Source: Alicyclobacillus sp. (GTDB taxonomy: Bacteria > Bacillota > Bacilli > Alicyclobacillales > Alicyclobacillaceae). From it: a stretch of DNA of 64,000 nucleotides. The stretch lies in the NCBI GenBank assembly GCA_023511725.1, contig JAIMAY010000004.1, forward strand, positions 32,984-96,983, given 5' to 3'. Numbering within the stretch: the first letter of the stretch is position 1; every line of letters begins with the position of its first letter. Made by a program: the position numbers and the translations under genes. Positions 59,228 through 64,000 of this stretch are shown here, one piece after another. Under the pieces are notes generated by a model. It made no database searches, was not told the origin of the DNA, and was given only the letters and a program-made list of their open reading frames with translations.

Positions 59228-60928
59228 ATGACCGGGTTGGAGCGATTGGACGGGGCTGCGTTCAAGGCGTTGGTTGTGTCCGGCCACGCCCGGCTGCGGG
59301 CGATGGCGGAGGCGGTCAACGCCCTCAATGTGTTTCCGGTGCCCGACGGAGATACGGGCACAAATATGGAACTCTCGCTGCGCAGCGGCGTGGAGCGCAT
59401 GACCGCCTACGGCGGAGACGACCTGGCGGGCCTTGCTCAGCAACTGGCCACCGGCCTGCTGATGGGGGCGCGCGGCAATTCCGGCGTCATTCTGTCGCAG
59501 CTGTTTCGTGGGTTCGTGCGCGTGTGCCGGGATGCGGACGCGCTGGATACGCGCCGGTTTGCGAGCGCCCTGCAAGAAGGCGTGGATATCGCCTACCGGG
59601 CCGTGGCCAAGCCTGTGGAAGGCACGATGCTGACGGTTGCGCGCGAGGCTGCGCAAACAGCGGTCAAGGCGGCGCGAAAAGAACGGGATCTGCAGAGATG
59701 GATGAACCTGGTTCTGGAGGCTGCCCGCCAGGCGCTGGCAAGGACGCCGGAGCAATTGCCCGTGCTACGCCAGGCCGGGGTCGTGGACTCCGGCGGCCAG
59801 GGGTTGGTCTACGTCTACGAGGGGTTTCTCGCGTTCTTGGAGGGCAGGGTAGAGTCCGCACCCGTACAGGCGACTGGTGAGGCGGCGGACGTGGTGGAGC
59901 AGCAGTTCGAATACGCGGCAGCGCGGATCGACCACGAAGGAGAGTACGGCTACTGCACCGAGGTGCTCGTCGATGTAGGGGGCCATGCTTTCGAGGCTGC
60001 CGAAGCAGCGCTGCGCGAGCGCCTTGCGTCCTACGGTGATTCCCTTCTGGTCGTGGGCGTCGCACCGCTGATCAAGGTGCACGTCCACACGCTTCACCCC
60101 GGCCGGGTGCTCGAGGATGCACTGTCGCTAGGCGAGTTGGTCAAGGTCAAGGTCGACAACATGACGCGCCAGCATGCGGAGATTCGTGAGACACATCCGG
60201 CGGCGTCCGCGCCATCGGAGCCTCCGGACACCGATGAACGCGCGATACATAGCAGCCCGGAAGTGTCCCCGCGCGTGCGGTGCGGCGTGGTGGCCGTGGC
60301 CGCCGGCGACGGCTTGGCCAATATCCTGCGCAGCCTGGGGGTTCAGCGCATTGTCAGCGGCGGCCAGACGATGAATCCCAGCACGGAGGAATTGGTGCAA
60401 GCGATTCGTGAAACCCCGGCGGAACAGGTGATCATTCTGCCCAACAACAAGAATGTCGTGCTGGCTGCCGAACAGGCGGCCGGTGTGGTGGGTGATCATG
60501 TGCGCGTAGTGCCCAGCACATCCATTCCTCAGGCGATTGCCGCCCTGTTGGCGTATCGGCCGGATGCGGAGGCCGGCGTGAACGCGGAGCGGATGGCGGA
60601 AGCGATGGCACACGTGCGCTGGGGCCAGGTGGTGCAGGCGGCTCGGGATACCACGTATCAAGGCCAGGAAATCCGAGCCGGGCAGTTCCTGGGTTTCTCA
60701 GGTCCGGACCTGGTGGAGGTCGGTGAGAACCGAGAAGACGTGCTGGTGGCCACCGTGCGCAGGGTGTCCGATGGAGACGCGGAACTGGTGACGGTGTTCT
60801 ACGGGGCCGGCGTGGACGAGGCCACCCTTGCCGCGGTCTCCGAGCGGATCACGCGCGACTTGGGGTTGGAGGTGGAGGCCCGCGACGGCGGGCAGCCGGT
60901 GTATGACTACATCTTCTCCGTCGAGTGA
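59228..60928 (+). CDS. yloV: DAK2 domain-containing protein YloV
   Basis: 566-aa ORF with Dak2 motif PDGDTGTNM and a C-terminal DegV-like/uncharacterised domain. Confidence 0.9.
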   Translation: MTGLERLDGAAFKALVVSGHARLRAMAEAVNALNVFPVPDGDTGTNMELSLRSGVERMTAYGGDDLAGLAQQLATGLLMGARGNSGVILSQLFRGFVRVCRDADALDTRRFASALQEGVDIAYRAVAKPVEGTMLTVAREAAQTAVKAARKERDLQRWMNLVLEAARQALARTPEQLPVLRQAGVVDSGGQGLVYVYEGFLAFLEGRVESAPVQATGEAADVVEQQFEYAAARIDHEGEYGYCTEVLVDVGGHAFEAAEAALRERLASYGDSLLVVGVAPLIKVHVHTLHPGRVLEDALSLGELVKVKVDNMTRQHAEIRETHPAASAPSEPPDTDERAIHSSPEVSPRVRCGVVAVAAGDGLANILRSLGVQRIVSGGQTMNPSTEELVQAIRETPAEQVIILPNNKNVVLAAEQAAGVVGDHVRVVPSTSIPQAIAALLAYRPDAEAGVNAERMAEAMAHVRWGQVVQAARDTTYQGQEIRAGQFLGFSGPDLVEVGENREDVLVATVRRVSDGDAELVTVFYGAGVDEATLAAVSERITRDLGLEVEARDGGQPVYDYIFSVE

Positions 60929-62975
60929 TGCGGGGTTGGAACAGATCCCCGTCGAGCACGTGGCCGGTGTGGGGCCTGCCAAAGCCAGGGCTCTGCGCGA
61001 TCTCGGTATTGCCTCGGTCCACGACCTGTTACACCACTATCCCTTTCGGTACGAGGACCTGCGACCGCTGCCCTTCGAGGCCTTCCCACCGAACGGCCGT
61101 GTGACGGCGCAAGCGGTGGTGGAAACGCCGCCCAGGTTGCGTTGGCATGGGCGGCGTTCGGTGCTGACGGCGGGATTGCGCGTCGATGACAGACATCGCA
61201 TCCTCGGCGTCTGGTTCAATCAACACTATCTGAAGCCGAAATTGACCGAGGGTACCGTGGTCACGGTCACCGGACGCTGGGAAGCGGCGGCACGACGGAT
61301 CATCGTGTCACAAACGGAGTGGGGGATTCATGCGGACGGACACCGTGCCTTCACGCCCGTGTACCATGCCGGGCAGGGAATCACGAGCAGTCAGGTGGAG
61401 GCATGCGTGCGCCAGGCACTCCATCAATTCGCGGATCAGTTGCAGGAGCGATTGCCGCAGGAACTCCGGGACAAGTACCGACTGGTGAGCCATGCGCAGG
61501 CACTGCGCTGGATTCATGCCCCGGCCAGCGCGGAGCAACTCCGCCAGGCGCGTCGGCGCCTGGCGTTCGAGGAATTTTTCCTGTTCCAGTTGCAACTCCA
61601 ATGGTTTCGCAAGCAGCGCCAGGCTCGACACCCGGGCGAAGCCCGGCCTGTCCCGGACGATGCGTGGCCGCGGTTCACCGCGGCACTACCGGCCCGGATG
61701 ACCGGTGCTCAGCAGCGAGCGTGCGCCGAAATCCTCCAGGACCTGCGTTCGGAGCGGGCGATGACGCGGCTTTTGCAGGGGGACGTGGGATCCGGGAAGA
61801 CGTGGGTGGCACTGTGGGCAGCGTATGCCGTCCATCGAGCGGGTGCCCAATCCGCCCTGATGGCACCCACCGAGATTCTGGCCGAGCAACATGCGGCCGA
61901 GGCCGAGCGGCGACTCGGCCCGCTTGGCATGCGCGTGTGCCTGTTGACCGGGAGCGTGCCGGACAAAGAGCGTCAGGCACGGCTGAGGGCCATCGAGGCT
62001 GGCGACGTCCACCTGGTCGTCGGTACCCATGCGCTGCTCACAGAAAGCGTGCGCTTTGCCCAACTTGGACTCGTGATCACGGATGAACAGCACCGGTTTG
62101 GTGTCGCGCAACGTGCGTTGCTGCGGTCGAAAGGCCGTGCACCGGATGTGCTCATGATGTCGGCCACACCCATTCCCCGCACATTGGCGCTCGCGGTGTA
62201 TGGGGATCTTGACGTGTCCATGCTCAACGAGCGGCCACCGGGGCGGCAACCGGTGGACACCGTGTGGGTGCGACCGGAGAAGGAAGCCGAGGTGCTCCGG
62301 CGCGTGCGCCAGGCATTGGCGCGGGGCGAGCAGGCGTACATCGTGGCTCCCCTCGTCGAGGATTCGGATAAGAGCGCGGAACTCGCTTCCGCGACCCAGC
62401 TTTACGAGCGCTTCCGGGAAGAGTTGGCTGGGTTCACAGTGGGGCTCCTGCATGGGCGGATGAGCCCCAGAGACAAGGATCAGGTGATGAGATCCTTTGC
62501 GTCCGGTGAGACGCAGGTGCTGGTGAGCACCACGGTGATTGAGGTCGGCATCGACGTGCCGAACGCGACCGTGATGGTCATCTACCACGCCGAACGGTTC
62601 GGTTTGGCGCAGTTGCATCAGCTGCGCGGACGCGTGGGCCGCGGTCAGGCTCGCAGCCTGTGTATCCTCGTGTCCGATGCCACCACCGAGATGGCGCAAG
62701 CGCGCTTGAAAACCCTGTGCGAAACCGAAGATGGCTTTCTGATTGCCGAAAAGGATCTCGAGCTGCGTGGCCCAGGCGAGGTGTTCGGCATTCGGCAGAG
62801 CGGCCTGCCGGAGTTCACAGTGGGCGATCTCGCCCGCGACCTCCGCATGATGGAGGTGGCGCGTGACGAGGCGAGATCGCTCGTGGAGTCCCGCGATTTT
62901 TGGCTGATGCCCGCCTACGCCCCGCTGCGCACGATGTTGGTCGAGCAGAGCGGCGCGGAGCGTGTGGAGACATGA
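60903..62975 (+). CDS. recG: ATP-dependent DNA helicase RecG
   Basis: Contains GVGPAKARAL, Walker A GDVGSGKT, DEQHRFG and QLHQLRGRVGRG. The start is ATG 60903 (26-nt overlap with yloV) or TTG 60936. Confidence 0.93.
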   Translation: MTTSSPSSDAGLEQIPVEHVAGVGPAKARALRDLGIASVHDLLHHYPFRYEDLRPLPFEAFPPNGRVTAQAVVETPPRLRWHGRRSVLTAGLRVDDRHRILGVWFNQHYLKPKLTEGTVVTVTGRWEAAARRIIVSQTEWGIHADGHRAFTPVYHAGQGITSSQVEACVRQALHQFADQLQERLPQELRDKYRLVSHAQALRWIHAPASAEQLRQARRRLAFEEFFLFQLQLQWFRKQRQARHPGEARPVPDDAWPRFTAALPARMTGAQQRACAEILQDLRSERAMTRLLQGDVGSGKTWVALWAAYAVHRAGAQSALMAPTEILAEQHAAEAERRLGPLGMRVCLLTGSVPDKERQARLRAIEAGDVHLVVGTHALLTESVRFAQLGLVITDEQHRFGVAQRALLRSKGRAPDVLMMSATPIPRTLALAVYGDLDVSMLNERPPGRQPVDTVWVRPEKEAEVLRRVRQALARGEQAYIVAPLVEDSDKSAELASATQLYERFREELAGFTVGLLHGRMSPRDKDQVMRSFASGETQVLVSTTVIEVGIDVPNATVMVIYHAERFGLAQLHQLRGRVGRGQARSLCILVSDATTEMAQARLKTLCETEDGFLIAEKDLELRGPGEVFGIRQSGLPEFTVGDLARDLRMMEVARDEARSLVESRDFWLMPAYAPLRTMLVEQSGAERVET

Positions 62976-63019
62976 GTTACCAACCAGCATTTGTCGGTCA
63001 TTCCTCTCCCTTGTCCGGC

Positions 63020-63026
63020 CATACTA
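63020..63026 (+). promoter_or_regulatory. Sigma-G-type -10 element (CATACTA) upstream of the SASP gene
   Basis: Exact match to the sigma-G -10 consensus CATnnTA, about 28 nt upstream of the ssp start. I could not find a convincing -35 (GnATR). Confidence 0.35.
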
Positions 63027-63053
63027 AGGGCACAGACAAGGAGGTGATGCAAG

Positions 63054-63275
63054 ATGGCGCTTGGACAGAAGCGGAACACGCCCGTCGTGCCGGGTGCCGC
63101 CAAGGCGTTGGATCAGTTCAAGTATGAGGTGGCGAACGAACTCGGCATCCAGACGCCGCAGGACGGTTACTGGGGCACGATGACCGCCCGCGACACCGGC
63201 GCGATTGGCGGTAACATCACCCGAAAGCTGGTGGCCTTGGCTGAGCAGCAGCTGGCGGGCCGTCAGAACTTCTGA
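63054..63275 (+). CDS. Alpha/beta-type small acid-soluble spore protein
   Basis: 73-aa ORF with SASP signatures LDQFKYEVANELGI and GGNITRKLVALAEQQL, and RBS AAGGAGGTG. Confidence 0.92.
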   Translation: MALGQKRNTPVVPGAAKALDQFKYEVANELGIQTPQDGYWGTMTARDTGAIGGNITRKLVALAEQQLAGRQNF

Positions 63276-63312
63276 AACCGAGGATAGCGAGTGCGTATTG
63301 GATCATACAGCG

Positions 63313-63340
63313 GGGGCCGGTTCACCGGCCCCTTTGCTGT
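63313..63340 (+). terminator. Rho-independent terminator after the SASP gene (GGGGCCGG-TTCA-CCGGCCCC, then TTTGCTGT)
   Basis: Perfect 8-bp stem 63313-63320 / 63325-63332 followed by a short T-run. The sequence is nearly identical to the hairpin at 23457-23480. Confidence 0.65.
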
Positions 63341-63352
63341 GATGTGCGTCCA

Positions 63353-63381
63353 TAGACAGACGCCCGGCCGTCCCCTACAAT
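63353..63381 (+). promoter_or_regulatory. Candidate sigma-A promoter TAGACA-N17-TACAAT upstream of psd
   Basis: TAGACA at 63353-63358, a 17-nt spacer, and TACAAT at 63376-63381. psd starts at 63409. Confidence 0.5.
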
Positions 63382-63408
63382 GGGAGTCATCATAAGAGCG
63401 TGGGGTGG

Positions 63409-64000
63409 ATGATGTCGGGGTTGTGGCGCCGATTGCTGCTGCACATCTTCCCAAAAGATGCCTGGACGGCGCTTGCAGGTCACATCGCCGGCCGGCGTTG
63501 GAGCCGACGGATGATTCCGTGGTACGTCCGGCACTTTGACGTGGACCTGTCGGATGCCGAACGCGCCGCCTGTGAATACCCGAGTTTGCTCGCCCTGTTC
63601 TGCCGCCGGCTCAAGCCTGGCGCGAGACCCCTGGAGGGCGGGGTGGTATCGCCGGTCGACGGTACCGTGAGCGAACTGGGGCGGATCGATGAGAACACGA
63701 TGGTGCAGGCCAAAGGAACCACCTATACGGTTCAAGACCTGCTCGCGGACAGCGCCGCGGCCGAGCCGTTCGTGGGTGGACACTACATTACGCTGTATCT
63801 CAGTCCGCGCGATTATCACCGGATCCACATGCCGGTCGATGGCACGCTGGTGCGGTGGCGGTATGTTCCGGGCGTCCTATTCCCCGTGAATCCAGCGGGT
63901 GTTCGGTACATACGGGGGCTGTACACGCGCAATGAGCGCTTGATTACTTGGGTGGATTCTGATCATGGTCTGCTGGCCGTGGTCAAGGTCGGCGCGGCCG
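63409..64000 (+). CDS. psd: Phosphatidylserine decarboxylase proenzyme, 5' part (runs off the window end, so it is absent from the ORF track)
   Basis: My own translation gives MMSGLWRRLLLHIFPKDAWTALAGHIAGRRWSRRMIPWYVRHFDVDL...VSPVDGTVSELG...YITLYLSPRDYHRIHMPVDG...FPVNP. No stop codon occurs before nt 64000. Confidence 0.88.
   Translation, partial: MMSGLWRRLLLHIFPKDAWTALAGHIAGRRWSRRMIPWYVRHFDVDLSDAERAACEYPSLLALFCRRLKPGARPLEGGVVSPVDGTVSELGRIDENTMVQAKGTTYTVQDLLADSAAAEPFVGGHYITLYLSPRDYHRIHMPVDGTLVRWRYVPGVLFPVNPAGVRYIRGLYTRNERLITWVDSDHGLLAVVKVGAA

Noticed and set aside
61686-62990. 434-aa minus-strand ORF
   Set aside because: It lies antisense to recG.
62987-63003. -35 element for the SASP sigma-G promoter
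   Set aside because: GCATT lies 28 nt from the -10, and GTCAT at the correct spacing does not fit GnATR. Only the -10 is therefore reported, with low confidence.

Overview
This window is core chromosome from a visibly GC-rich, endospore-forming Firmicute (class Bacilli; possibly Alicyclobacillaceae-like, a low-confidence guess). All calls rest on reading the translations, motifs and synteny; no database search was run.

Gene order closely follows the Bacillus subtilis pbpB-to-recG region:
- dcw cell-wall and division cluster: pbpB 3' end, spoVD, murE, mraY, murD, spoVE/ftsW, murG, murB, murA, divIB, two DUF881 genes, sbp, ftsA, ftsZ.
- Sporulation sigma locus: spoIIGA, sigE, sigG.
- ylm/divIVA operon, which has no sepF.
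- yteA-like gene, lspA, rluD.
- A PyrR-attenuated pyr operon: pyrR, pyrB, pyrC, carA, carB, pyrF, pyrE. It lacks pyrP, pyrK and pyrD.
- A non-syntenic block at about 35.2-39.2 kb: a small membrane peptide, an orphan Tat-Rieske protein, glutamate dehydrogenase and a DUF2254 membrane protein.
- The ylo region: rqcH, Ca-ATPase, yicC, remA, gmk, rpoZ, coaBC, priA, def, fmt, rsmB, rlmN, prpC, prkC, rsgA, rpe, the 26-aa spoVM, rpmB, Asp23, yloV, recG.
- An alpha/beta SASP gene and the 5' part of psd.

I saw no rRNA, tRNA, CRISPR array, transposase, integrase or recognisable defence or toxin system. I found no convincing novel multi-gene system. The most unusual items are:
- the 35-39 kb block with its orphan Rieske protein;
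- micro-ORFs below the ORF-track cutoff (spoVM and a roughly 58-aa membrane peptide);
- two families of near-identical perfect GC hairpins at gene junctions;
- sporulation promoter architectures readable directly from the DNA.

Most long ORFs in the track are antisense shadow ORFs typical of high-GC DNA. Gene identities are far more certain than the exact start codons.
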